A DNA stretch of 39,654 nucleotides. Origin: an uncultured Burkholderiales bacterium (GTDB lineage: Bacteria; Pseudomonadota; Gammaproteobacteria; Burkholderiales; Burkholderiaceae_C). The stretch covers positions 1 through 39,654 of the forward strand of contig CADEEN010000001.1 of the NCBI GenBank assembly GCA_902826345.1, given 5' to 3'. A program made the position numbers and the translations under genes. Shown here one piece after another: positions 19,838 to 28,558 of this stretch. The notes beneath the pieces are model-generated. The model had not been told where the DNA came from. It made no database searches and worked only from the letters and a program-made list of their open reading frames with translations. Positions within the stretch are counted from its first letter, which is position 1. The number at the start of each line of letters is the position of its first letter.

Positions 19838-20778
19838 GACAGTCCGTCCAGATTACGCACGATGCGCTTCAAGGTGTTGAAGCCCTTCTTCGCATAGGCA
19901 TAGCTCGGCGCCACCGCCGGGTCCTGCTCGGCCTCGACGACGAGCCAGCCTGCGTAGCCCGCGCGGTGCAGCGTCGACAGCACCGCGTCGTAGTCGATCA
20001 CGCCGTCGCCCGGCACGGTGAAGGTGCCGGCGAGCACGCCGGCGAGAAAGCTCCAGCCATCGTTGCGCGCCTTGGCGATCAGCGCGGGGCGCACGTCCTT
20101 GCAATGCACGTGCACGACGCGCTGCACATGACGCGCCAGCAGCGCGTTCGGATCGGCGGCGCCGCCGAAGTACGCATGGCCGGTGTCGAACAGCAGGCCG
20201 ACGCAGGCCGGGTCGGTGAGTGCCATCAGGCGGTCGATGTCGTCCGGCGACTCGACATACGCGCCCATGTGGTGGTGGTAGGCCAGCGTGATGCCATAGC
20301 TGCTTTTCAAGTGCGCGCCGAAGCGGTTCAAGCGCTCGGCATACGCATGCCACTGCGCGTCGTTCGCAAAGCGCGGCCGGCGGTCGAGCGGCGTGTCGAT
20401 CCGGCCTTGCACGCTGCCGGCGACTTCGCCATAGACGACGACCTTGCAGTCGTTGAAGCGCAGCTTGTCCATGTGCGCGTGGCAGCGCTGAATTTCGTCC
20501 TCGACCGAGACCTGAGCCAGATTCGCCAGTTCACCCGAGTACCAGCCCGAGACGCAGGCCAGGCCGTATTCATCCAGCTTGGCCTTGAGCGCGGGGCCTT
20601 CCTGCGGAAACTTGTTGCCGATCTCGAACCCGGCGTAGCCGATCGCTTTGCCTTCGGCCAGCGCCGTCTCCAGCGGGGTCTCGCCGCCGAGCGACGGCAG
20701 GTCGTCGTTCATCCAACTCAGCGGGTTGACGCCGATGCGCACGTTCCAGGCTTGTCCTGAGCTTGTCGAAGTGCTCAT
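19834..20778 (-). CDS. iolE: Inosose (2-keto-myo-inositol) dehydratase
   Basis: Start at MSTSTSSGQAWNVRIGVNPLSWMNDDLPSLG. The xylose-isomerase-like TIM barrel shows IolE hallmarks (GVNPLSWMNDD, HHHMG, VVEAEQDP). The upstream part of the track ORF is discarded. Confidence 0.9.
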   Translation of the reverse strand: MSTSTSSGQAWNVRIGVNPLSWMNDDLPSLGGETPLETALAEGKAIGYAGFEIGNKFPQEGPALKAKLDEYGLACVSGWYSGELANLAQVSVEDEIQRCHAHMDKLRFNDCKVVVYGEVAGSVQGRIDTPLDRRPRFANDAQWHAYAERLNRFGAHLKSSYGITLAYHHHMGAYVESPDDIDRLMALTDPACVGLLFDTGHAYFGGAADPNALLARHVQRVVHVHCKDVRPALIAKARNDGWSFLAGVLAGTFTVPGDGVIDYDAVLSTLHRAGYAGWLVVEAEQDPAVAPSYAYAKKGFNTLKRIVRNLDGLS

Positions 20779-22625
20779 GTCGCTTGCGTTTTCCGTTTCG
20801 CTCGTTCGTACTGCTCGCGCGCGGCCCGCACCTCGGCGCGCGGCGAGACTTCGGGAATCGCCACGTCCCACCACGCGCCGCCGTCGTCGGTGGTGCGCCA
20901 GGGCGTCGTGTCGATGACGATGACCTGCGTCGTCGTCGCCGCACGGGCCGCGCGCATCGCACGCTTCAACTCGGCGATGTCCTTCACATGCACCGCCGTC
21001 GCGCCGAGGCTCGCCGCATGCGCGGCGAAGTCGATCGCCACCGGCGAGCCGCAGTCTTCGAGCAGGTTGTTGAAGCGCGGGCTGCCGCTGGCCAGTTGCA
21101 GGCGCTGAATGCAGCCGTAGCCGCGGTTGTCGAGCACGACGACGATGAGCTTGCACTTCAACATCAGCGACGTGGCGATCTCGGAGTTCAACATCAGGTA
21201 CGAGCCGTCGCCGACCATGGCGATGACTTCGCGCTCCGGCCGCACCAGCTTGACGCCCAACGCGCCGGCGATCTCGTAGCCCATGCACGAGTAGCCGTAC
21301 TCGACGTGATACCCGCCAGGCTGCGACGTGCGCCACAACTTGTGCAGCTCGGCGGGCAGCGTGCCGGCGGCGCAGACGACGATGTCGTCGCGGTCGCTGT
21401 GTTCGGCCGAGTCGCGCACGGCGCCGATGACCTCGGCGTCGTAGGGCAACTCACCGGCCGGCGTCGCTGCGGAAGTGAGCTCGGCAACGCGGCCGTTCCA
21501 CTGCGCAGCCAGCGACTGCGCAAGCGCCGTCCACTGCGCATCGGCGCGCCAGCTGCCCGGGCGCAGCGCGGCGAGCACGACGCGCGCATCGGCCACCACG
21601 GCGTGGCCGCGCGACTTGATCGCGTCCTGCGGCTGCACGTTGATCGACAGCAGCGTGGCGCCGCTGAACAACCGCTGCGAACCGGTGGTGAAGTCTTGCA
21701 GCCGCGTGCCGACGGCAATGACGAGATCGGCCTCGGCCGCCAGCGCATTGGCCGCGGGCGAGCCGGTGACGCCGATCGCGCCGACGTTCGACGCATGGTC
21801 CCACGCCAGCGCGCCCTTGCCGGCCTGTGTTTCGGCCACCGGCACGCCGTGCGCCGTGGCCCATGCGGCGAGCGCGGCGCCGGCGCGGCTGTAAAGCACG
21901 CCGCCGCCGGCGACGACGAGCGGGCGCTTCGAGGCGCAAAGCAGCTCGTTGGCCGCGGCGAGTTCGCGCGCGTCGGGCGCCGGCCGGCGGATGTGCAGCG
22001 GCGGCGGTTGCAGGAACGACGTGGGGCAATCGAAGGCCATCGTCTGCACGTCCTGCGGCAGCGCGAGACACACGGGGCCGCACAGCGCCGGATCGAGCAT
22101 CACCTGCACCGCGCGCGGCAGCGCGCAAAGAATCTGCTCGGGCCGCGTGATGCGGTCGAAGTAGCGCACCAGCGGACGGAAGGCATCGTTGGCGCTGATG
22201 TCGCCGGCAGCGAAGTCTTCGACCTGCTGCAGCACCGGGTCCGGCGCGCGCGACGCGAACACGTCGCCGGGCAACAGCAGCACCGGCAGGCGATTGACAT
22301 GGGCCAGCGCGGCGGCCGTCAGCAGGTTCGTCGCGCCGGGGCCGATCGACGTCGTCACGGCCATGATGCGCTGGCGGAAGTTCGCTTTGGCGAAAGCAAT
22401 CGCGGCATGCGTCATCGCCTGCTCGTTGTGCGCGCGGTAGGTCGGCAGCGTGTCGCGCACCTGCGCCAGCGCTTCGCCGAGGCCGGCGACGTTGCCGTGG
22501 CCGAAGATCGCCCAGACGCCCGCGCAGTACGGCACGACGCTGCCGTCGTCGTGCGCGATGTGCAATGCAGCGAGGTGGGCGACCAAGGCTTGCGCCATCG
22601 TCAGGCGCACGGTGTTCGTCGTCAT
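20775..22625 (-). CDS. iolD: 3D-(3,5/4)-trihydroxycyclohexane-1,2-dione acylhydrolase (ThDP-dependent)
   Basis: Start at MTTNTVRLTMAQALVAHL. ThDP enzyme motifs include GHGNVAGLGEAL, SIGPGATNLLTAAA and MVGDGSYLMLNSE. Confidence 0.9.
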   Translation of the reverse strand: MTTNTVRLTMAQALVAHLAALHIAHDDGSVVPYCAGVWAIFGHGNVAGLGEALAQVRDTLPTYRAHNEQAMTHAAIAFAKANFRQRIMAVTTSIGPGATNLLTAAALAHVNRLPVLLLPGDVFASRAPDPVLQQVEDFAAGDISANDAFRPLVRYFDRITRPEQILCALPRAVQVMLDPALCGPVCLALPQDVQTMAFDCPTSFLQPPPLHIRRPAPDARELAAANELLCASKRPLVVAGGGVLYSRAGAALAAWATAHGVPVAETQAGKGALAWDHASNVGAIGVTGSPAANALAAEADLVIAVGTRLQDFTTGSQRLFSGATLLSINVQPQDAIKSRGHAVVADARVVLAALRPGSWRADAQWTALAQSLAAQWNGRVAELTSAATPAGELPYDAEVIGAVRDSAEHSDRDDIVVCAAGTLPAELHKLWRTSQPGGYHVEYGYSCMGYEIAGALGVKLVRPEREVIAMVGDGSYLMLNSEIATSLMLKCKLIVVVLDNRGYGCIQRLQLASGSPRFNNLLEDCGSPVAIDFAAHAASLGATAVHVKDIAELKRAMRAARAATTTQVIVIDTTPWRTTDDGGAWWDVAIPEVSPRAEVRAAREQYERAKRKTQAT

Positions 22626-22627
22626 CG

Positions 22628-24598
22628 TCAGTCGCTCCTCGTTCGCCGCCATGCCTCGACCAGGTGGCCGAAGCGCGAGGCCACGCGATCGATCAGCGCC
22701 GCGTCGTCCATGGCACCGGTGAGCCACTCGCGGCTGGCGTCGCCCCAGATCGTGCGGCCGACCATGAAGCCGCGCACGATCGGCTGCCGTGCCGCCGCGA
22801 AGCCTTCGATCAAGCGCTCGATCGGTTGGGCCAGGCCGAGCAGCACGACACCGCGGCAGTAGGGGTCGCGCTCGGCGATCAACGCGCCCAAGGTCTCCCA
22901 CGAGGCCGCCTGCATCGGCGCCAGCTTCCACCACTCGGGTCGGATGCCGAGGTTGTAGAAGCGCTCGAGGGCGCGCAGCACCTCAGAGTCGGTTCGGGCT
23001 CGGCCTGTCGAAGCCCCGGCCAGCCCTTCGACAGACTCAGGGCGAACGGATGGGGCGGCGGGCGGAATCACTTCGAGCAGCAACTCGTGGCCACTCGCGC
23101 GCGTGGCTTGCCACAGCTCCAACAACCGCTCCTCCTGCGCCACGCGCAGCGTCGCCTCGTCGTCCGGGTGGTATGCAACGAGGCACTTCACGACCTGCTC
23201 GCGCGGCCACTCGACGAGCGTCGTGCCGATCGATCGCGTGCCGTCGAAGGCGAGCGGCCGCGAGCCCGGCTGCTCGACCGGCCGGCCGACCCACCAACCG
23301 CGGCCCGTCGCCGCGCACAGCGCGTCGCTGCCCCAGCGGCCGTCGATCAGCACGCCGATGCGGCCTTGCAGCGCGTGCTGTGTCTCGACCTGCTCGGCGG
23401 CCCTCAGCAGCAGCGACTTCAACAGCGGCAGCTTCGACAACGGCGCACCGCTCTCGCGCGCCATCGCCTCGAACTGCGAGCGGTGATCGAAGGCCATCAC
23501 GTTCAACTCGGGCCAGGCCGGCCGCGACGCGGTGACGCGGTGCAGGTGCGCGAGCAGCGGGTCGGCATCGACCGACGGCTGCCGCGCGCCGCTGAACCAA
23601 TGATCGAGCTCGGGGGGCGTCGGCATCGCCGGCGCGCAGGCGTGACGCGAGACGACGATCGCGCCGCAGGCGTTGGCGATGCGCGCGCTGGCATGGAAGT
23701 CCAGGCCGTCGAGCAGGCCCTTCATCAAACCCGCGGCAAAGGCATCGCCGGCGCCGAGCACGTTGAAGACCTCGATGCGTTCGCCCACCGCCGTCGGCGC
23801 GTCTTCCAGGCGCGCCGGTACCGCGCCGTCGATGAAGCAGCAACCCTTGGCGCCGAGCTTGACGACCATCGCTGCCGCGCTGACCTCACGCACGCGGCGC
23901 AGCGAAGCGAGCAGATCGCCGGCCACGCCGCCCGCGATGCAGAACTCTTCTTCGGTGCCGATCAGCAGATCGAACTGCGGCAGCACCGCCTGCAGGCGCT
24001 CTGTCACCGCCGCATCGGCGACGAAGCGGTTCGCGCCTTCGCCGCGCTTGGTCAAGCCCCACAGCACCGGCCGGTAGTCGATGTCGAGCACACGCGTCGT
24101 GCCGTGCTGGGCGGCAAAGCCCAAGGCCGCGAGCGACGCTGCGCGCACTGCCGGCGTGGACAGGTGCGTGCCGGTGATCAGCAAGGCGCGGCAGCCGGCG
24201 ATGAAGCGCTCGTCGATGCGCGACGCCTCCACCGCCATGTCGGCGCAGTTCTCGCGCACGAAGAGCAGTGGAAAAGTGTCGCGGTCTTTCAGTCCGAGCA
24301 GCACGAGGCCGGTGAGGCGCTCGGCATCGACCTGCACCTGGCTCGTGTCGCAGCCCTCGCGCTGCAGCGTCTCGATCAGGTACCGCCCCATCTGCTCGTC
24401 GCCGACGCGCGAGACCATCGCCGCTCGCAAGCCCAGCCGCGCGCAGCCGAAGGCGATGTTGGCCGAGCTGCCGCCCAGGTACTTGGCGAAGCTCGACACG
24501 TCTTCGAGCCGCGCGCCGACCTGCTGTGCGTACAGGTCCACCGCCAGGCGGCCGAGGCAGGCGATGTCGAAGCGGCGACCGGCAGGCGTGCACAGCAT
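22628..24598 (-). CDS. iolC: Bifunctional 5-dehydro-2-deoxygluconokinase (PfkB) fused to a DUF2090-type 5-dehydro-2-deoxyphosphogluconate aldolase domain
   Basis: 656 aa. The N-terminal half is a PfkB kinase (GGSSANIAFGCARLG, NVLGAGDAFAAG). The C-terminal ~300 aa form the extra domain seen in proteobacterial IolC fusions. No separate iolJ is present in the window. Confidence 0.85.
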   Translation of the reverse strand: MLCTPAGRRFDIACLGRLAVDLYAQQVGARLEDVSSFAKYLGGSSANIAFGCARLGLRAAMVSRVGDEQMGRYLIETLQREGCDTSQVQVDAERLTGLVLLGLKDRDTFPLLFVRENCADMAVEASRIDERFIAGCRALLITGTHLSTPAVRAASLAALGFAAQHGTTRVLDIDYRPVLWGLTKRGEGANRFVADAAVTERLQAVLPQFDLLIGTEEEFCIAGGVAGDLLASLRRVREVSAAAMVVKLGAKGCCFIDGAVPARLEDAPTAVGERIEVFNVLGAGDAFAAGLMKGLLDGLDFHASARIANACGAIVVSRHACAPAMPTPPELDHWFSGARQPSVDADPLLAHLHRVTASRPAWPELNVMAFDHRSQFEAMARESGAPLSKLPLLKSLLLRAAEQVETQHALQGRIGVLIDGRWGSDALCAATGRGWWVGRPVEQPGSRPLAFDGTRSIGTTLVEWPREQVVKCLVAYHPDDEATLRVAQEERLLELWQATRASGHELLLEVIPPAAPSVRPESVEGLAGASTGRARTDSEVLRALERFYNLGIRPEWWKLAPMQAASWETLGALIAERDPYCRGVVLLGLAQPIERLIEGFAAARQPIVRGFMVGRTIWGDASREWLTGAMDDAALIDRVASRFGHLVEAWRRTRSD

Positions 24599-24631
24599 CA
24601 GTTCGTCGTCCCTTCCAGATCGGCCATCGGC

Positions 24632-24641
24632 GAATGCATTC
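24632..24641. promoter_or_regulatory. Perfect 10-bp palindrome GAATGCATTC in the iolC/iolR divergent intergenic region; candidate operator
   Basis: Read directly. It lies 34 nt upstream of the iolC start. A T7 run at 24703-24709 marks an AT-rich, promoter-like patch in the same region. Confidence 0.35.
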
Positions 24642-24742
24642 TCGACCGCCGGACTTTAGGCAGCAGCGAACACCACTTCTGTAGGGGCTTGTCCGTAGAA
24701 CGTTTTTTTCATTTGCAGAGCGGCCGAGCCGACAATCCGAGC

Positions 24743-25633
24743 ATGGGTTCTTCGGTCGTTGCCAGCGCTGCGCCACCGGCCACGGTGGATGCATTCCTCA
24801 AACGCGCGAGCAGTGAGTTCGAGCTGCTGTCGCGCCAGCTGAAAGCGATCGCGCGTTATGTCGAGCGCCACCGCGACCACCTCGGCCTGGAGAAGATCCA
24901 CGACGTGGCCGCGCGCTGCGACGTGCAACCGTCGGCCGTCGTGCGCTTCGCCAAGCATTTCGGCTACTCCGGCTACAGCGACTTGCAGCGCGTCTTCCGC
25001 AACGGCATGACGCAGCGCATCGCGCCGAGCCGCAACTACCAAGCGCGCATCCGCAGCGTCGTCGAGGCGGCGCAGGGCGCGCTGGCGCCGGCCGACATTG
25101 CGCACGAGTTCGTCGGCGGCACGATCGCCGGCCTGCAGGAGCTGCAGCGCGACTTGAAGGCCAGCACCGTCAACAAGGCGGTCGAGCTGCTCGCCGCCGC
25201 GCCGACGGTCTGGGTCGTCGGCTCGCGCCGCGCGTATCCCGTGGCCGCGTACCTGGCCTACGCGCTGCAGCACACCGACAAGGCCGTGCAACTGGTCAGC
25301 TTCGTCGGCGCCATGCACCAGGGGCAGTTGCGTGGCGTGCGCGAGGGCGAGGTCATGATCGCCGTCAGCTTTGCGCCGTATGCGCCGGAGACGGTGGCCG
25401 CGGTCGAGGCCGCGCGCGAACAGGGCGCGCGCGTGATCGCCATCACCGACAGCCGCATGAGCCCGCTGGCCGCGCATTCGGCGCTGGACTTCATCGTTCA
25501 CGAGTCGAGCACCTTCGGCTTTCGCGCCCTGACCAATGCGATGGCGCTGGCGCAGGGCCTGTTCGTGGCGCTGGCGTACCGGCTGGAGCTGAGCCTGGCG
25601 GGCCACCCGTCCCTCGAGGAGGTCCATCCATGA
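24743..25633 (+). CDS. iolR: RpiR/MurR-family (HTH_6 + SIS) transcriptional regulator, likely the inositol repressor
   Basis: Only the last 296 aa of the 1022-aa track ORF are credible: MGSSVVASAAPP...SRQLKAIARYVERHRDHLGLEKIHDVAARCDVQPSAVVRFAKHFGYSGYSDLQRVF (RpiR HTH), then SIS (VWVVGSRRAYPVAAYLAY). ATGA overlap with iolG. Confidence 0.8.
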   Translation: MGSSVVASAAPPATVDAFLKRASSEFELLSRQLKAIARYVERHRDHLGLEKIHDVAARCDVQPSAVVRFAKHFGYSGYSDLQRVFRNGMTQRIAPSRNYQARIRSVVEAAQGALAPADIAHEFVGGTIAGLQELQRDLKASTVNKAVELLAAAPTVWVVGSRRAYPVAAYLAYALQHTDKAVQLVSFVGAMHQGQLRGVREGEVMIAVSFAPYAPETVAAVEAAREQGARVIAITDSRMSPLAAHSALDFIVHESSTFGFRALTNAMALAQGLFVALAYRLELSLAGHPSLEEVHP

Positions 25634-26640
25634 CGAAGCACGTCGCCGTCTTCGGCGCCGGGCGCATCGGCCGCATCCACGCCGGCAACCTCGCCGCGCT
25701 GCCCGGCGTGTCGCTGCGTTTCGTCTGCGACCCGGTGGCCGACAGCGCGGCGAGTCTGGCGCAGGCCCTCGGCGCGGCGGTGTCCACGCCGCAAGCGGTG
25801 CTCGCCGACAAGTCGATCGACGTCGTCGCCATCGCCTCGCCGACCGACACGCACAGCGACCTCATCCACCGTGCCGCCGCCGCCGGCAAGCACATCTTCT
25901 GCGAGAAGCCGGTCGATCTGTCGGTGCCGCGCGCGGTGGAATGCGCCGCGGCGGTGAAGGCTGCCGGCGTGGCCTGCATGATCGGCTTTCAGCGCCGCTT
26001 CGATCCGACGTTCGCTGAAGCACAGGCGCGCCTGGCGCGCGGCGAGATCGGCGCGGCCGAGATGCTCGTCGTCACCAGCCGCGACCCCGGCGCGCCGCCG
26101 GCGCCCTACCTCAAAGGCTCGGGCGGCATCTTCCGCGACATGCTGATCCACGACTTCGACATCTTCCGCTGGGTGCTGTGCAGTGACTACGGCGACGGCG
26201 GCGACGAAGCCGCGACGCTCTACGCCAGCGGCTCGGTGCTGGTCGATCCGGAAATCGCCAAGGTGCCCGACATCGATTCGAGCGTGGTCACGATCCGCAC
26301 GAAGAAGGGGCGCCTGTGCCAGATCAACACCAGCCGCCGCGCCGCCTACGGTTACGACCAGCGCTTCGAAGTGCTGGGCAGCCTCGGCATGCTCCAGTGC
26401 GGCAACCTGCGGCCGACCGAAGTGGTGCAGTCGGATGCGCAGAGCGTGCGCGCCGACAAGCCGGAACACTTCTTCTTGCAGCGTTACCGTGACGCGTACC
26501 GGCTCGAACTCGTGCACTTCTTCGATTGCCTGCACACCGGCGCGCCGTTCCGCACGACGATCGACGACGGCGTGGCAGCGCAGAAGCTCGCCGACGCGGC
26601 AGCGACATCGCTGACCAGCGGTCAGGTGGTGACGTTGTGA
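25630..26640 (+). CDS. iolG: myo-Inositol 2-dehydrogenase (Gfo/Idh/MocA family)
   Basis: 336 aa. VAVFGAGRIGRIHAGNL Rossmann fold, EKP motif (IFCEKPVDL), iol context. Confidence 0.8.
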   Translation: MTKHVAVFGAGRIGRIHAGNLAALPGVSLRFVCDPVADSAASLAQALGAAVSTPQAVLADKSIDVVAIASPTDTHSDLIHRAAAAGKHIFCEKPVDLSVPRAVECAAAVKAAGVACMIGFQRRFDPTFAEAQARLARGEIGAAEMLVVTSRDPGAPPAPYLKGSGGIFRDMLIHDFDIFRWVLCSDYGDGGDEAATLYASGSVLVDPEIAKVPDIDSSVVTIRTKKGRLCQINTSRRAAYGYDQRFEVLGSLGMLQCGNLRPTEVVQSDAQSVRADKPEHFFLQRYRDAYRLELVHFFDCLHTGAPFRTTIDDGVAAQKLADAAATSLTSGQVVTL

Positions 26641-27668
26641 GCGCATCGACTTCGGCCGCGCTGCGCATCGGCATCGCCGGCCTCGGCCGCATGGGCCAGC
26701 GCCACGCGCGCGTGATCGCGCTCGGCACGCCCGGCGCACGGCTCGTCGCCGCGTGCAGCCCCGCGGCCGACGAACGCGAGTGGGCGCGGCGCGAACTCGG
26801 CGTCGCCGCGCTGCACGACGATTTCGGCGCGCTGCTGCGCGACCCGAACGTCGATGCGGTGGCGATCGTCACGCCGACGACGCTGCACGCCGGGCAGGCC
26901 ATCGCCGCGCTCGAAGCCGGCAAGCATGTCTTCCTCGAGAAGCCGCTGGCGCTGGACGTGGCCACCTGCGAGCGCGTGGCCGCGGTGGCGCAGGCGCATG
27001 CGGCGCAAGTGGCGATGGTCGGCTTCGTGCGCCGCTTCGACGCCAGCTACCTGCAGGCCAAGGCCGAGATCGATGCCGGCGCGATCGGCCGGCCCTTCCT
27101 CGTGCGCTCGCAAACCGGCGACATGAACGACCCGCAGGGCTTCTTCGTGCGCTTCGCGCCGACCTCCGGCGGCATCTTTCTCGACTGCTCGGTGCACGAC
27201 ATCGACGTCGCGCGCTGGATGCTCGGCAACCCGAAAGCCACGCGCGTCTTCGCCAGCGGCACGATCGCGCTGCACCCCGGCCTGGCCGATTGCGGCGACG
27301 TCGACAACGGCATGGCGATCGTCGAATTCGACGGCGGCGCGCGCGCCATGCTCTACGCCACGCGAACGCTGCCGCACGGCCACGAAAGCACGTCGGAGGT
27401 CATCGGCACCACAGGCACGTTGCAGATCGGCGTCGGCGCGCACCGCGACCGGCTGCAACTGCGTGATGCCAGCGGCGTGCGCCATCGCGCGGTGGCCGAT
27501 TTCTACGAGCGCCTGCACGAAGCCTTCGACCGCGAGATCGCCGACTTCGTCGCCGCCTGCCGCGGCGAGAAGCCGCTGGCGGTGACGCTGGCCGACGCCA
27601 CCGAGGCCACGCGCATCGCCGTCGCGCTGACGAAGTCGCTGAAGAGCGGGCAGGTGGAGCCGGTGTGA
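26637..27668 (+). CDS. Second Gfo/Idh/MocA-family oxidoreductase (possible inositol-stereoisomer or inosose dehydrogenase)
   Basis: GTG at 26637 overlaps the iolG TGA (GTGA) and is in frame with track ORF 26526... LRIGIAGLGRMGQRHARV and VFLEKPLAL are present. Substrate not assignable from sequence. Confidence 0.75.
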   Translation: MSASTSAALRIGIAGLGRMGQRHARVIALGTPGARLVAACSPAADEREWARRELGVAALHDDFGALLRDPNVDAVAIVTPTTLHAGQAIAALEAGKHVFLEKPLALDVATCERVAAVAQAHAAQVAMVGFVRRFDASYLQAKAEIDAGAIGRPFLVRSQTGDMNDPQGFFVRFAPTSGGIFLDCSVHDIDVARWMLGNPKATRVFASGTIALHPGLADCGDVDNGMAIVEFDGGARAMLYATRTLPHGHESTSEVIGTTGTLQIGVGAHRDRLQLRDASGVRHRAVADFYERLHEAFDREIADFVAACRGEKPLAVTLADATEATRIAVALTKSLKSGQVEPV

Positions 27669-27747
27669 CGGCGCAGGCCCCGGAGCGCGGCTCGCGGGTT
27701 GACCCCGATCGTTCGCGTGGCGTCCCGCTCTAGCATCAGATCGACCG

Positions 27748-28545
27748 ATGAGCACCAACGACCGCCTCGACTTCTGCCGCCGCCTCGCCGCCGACGCCGG
27801 CCGCCTGGCGCACAGCACCTTCGGCCGCGCCGCAGTGTTGCCGGCCAAGGGGCGCCACGACGAGGTGACGGCGATGGACCGCGAGGTCGAGCGCGTCGTG
27901 CGCGAGCGCATCGCGCGAGCGTTTCCCCAGGATGCGGTGCTCGGCGAAGAAGACGGCGCCAGCGCCGACGTGGGCAGCGCCGAGTTCGTCTGGATCATCG
28001 ACCCGATCGACGGCACCGCGAACTACGCGCGCGGCATCGCGCACTACTGCGTCTCCATCGGCGTGCTGCACCGTGGTACGCCCTTCGTCGGCGCGCTGCA
28101 CGACCCGAGCCACGAGCGGCTGTACTGGGCGGCCCGTGGCGCAGGCGCGTGGCTCGACGAGAACGGCGCGACGCGGCGCCTCGCGGTGAGCCCGATCGCC
28201 ACGCTGGACGGCGCGACGGTCGAGTGCGGCTGGTCGCTGCGCGTCCCCCAGGCCGACTACCTCGCGTTGTTCGCTCGCATGCTCAGCGCCGGTTGCGCGG
28301 TGCGCCGCGCCGGCTCGGGCGCGCTCGGCCTGGCCGACGTGGCCGCGGGCCGCACCGAAGGCTATGCCGAGCTGCACATCAACAGCTGGGATTGCGCGGC
28401 CGGCCTGCTGCTCGTGGCCGAAGCCGGCGGGCGCATCAACGATTTTTTTGCCGGCGACGGCTTGCTTGCGGGCAACCCGATCCTGGCGACCAACGCGACG
28501 CTCGCCGACTCGTTGGCGACGTTGGCCGGGATTCCGTTTCGATAA
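27748..28545 (+). CDS. Inositol monophosphatase family protein
   Basis: 265 aa. Metal and substrate motifs LGEEDG, WIIDPIDGTANYARG and WDCAAG. Confidence 0.88.
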   Translation: MSTNDRLDFCRRLAADAGRLAHSTFGRAAVLPAKGRHDEVTAMDREVERVVRERIARAFPQDAVLGEEDGASADVGSAEFVWIIDPIDGTANYARGIAHYCVSIGVLHRGTPFVGALHDPSHERLYWAARGAGAWLDENGATRRLAVSPIATLDGATVECGWSLRVPQADYLALFARMLSAGCAVRRAGSGALGLADVAAGRTEGYAELHINSWDCAAGLLLVAEAGGRINDFFAGDGLLAGNPILATNATLADSLATLAGIPFR

Positions 28546-28558
28546 CACCTCAGGAGAC

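Noticed and set aside
20763-22862. 699-aa plus-strand ORF antisense to iolD
   Set aside because: Shadow of the ThDP-enzyme gene, with low-complexity Arg/Ala composition.
22565-24742. N-terminal ~725 aa of the 1022-aa track ORF that ends in IolR
   Set aside because: This part is antisense to iolC and is Arg/Ala-rich. Only the segment from ATG 24743 (RpiR HTH + SIS) is credible.
27699-27736. Sigma70-like TTGACC ... TAGCAT upstream of the IMPase gene
   Set aside because: The spacer between the hexamers is 26 nt by my count, far from the 16-18 nt optimum, so it is not a credible promoter as it stands.
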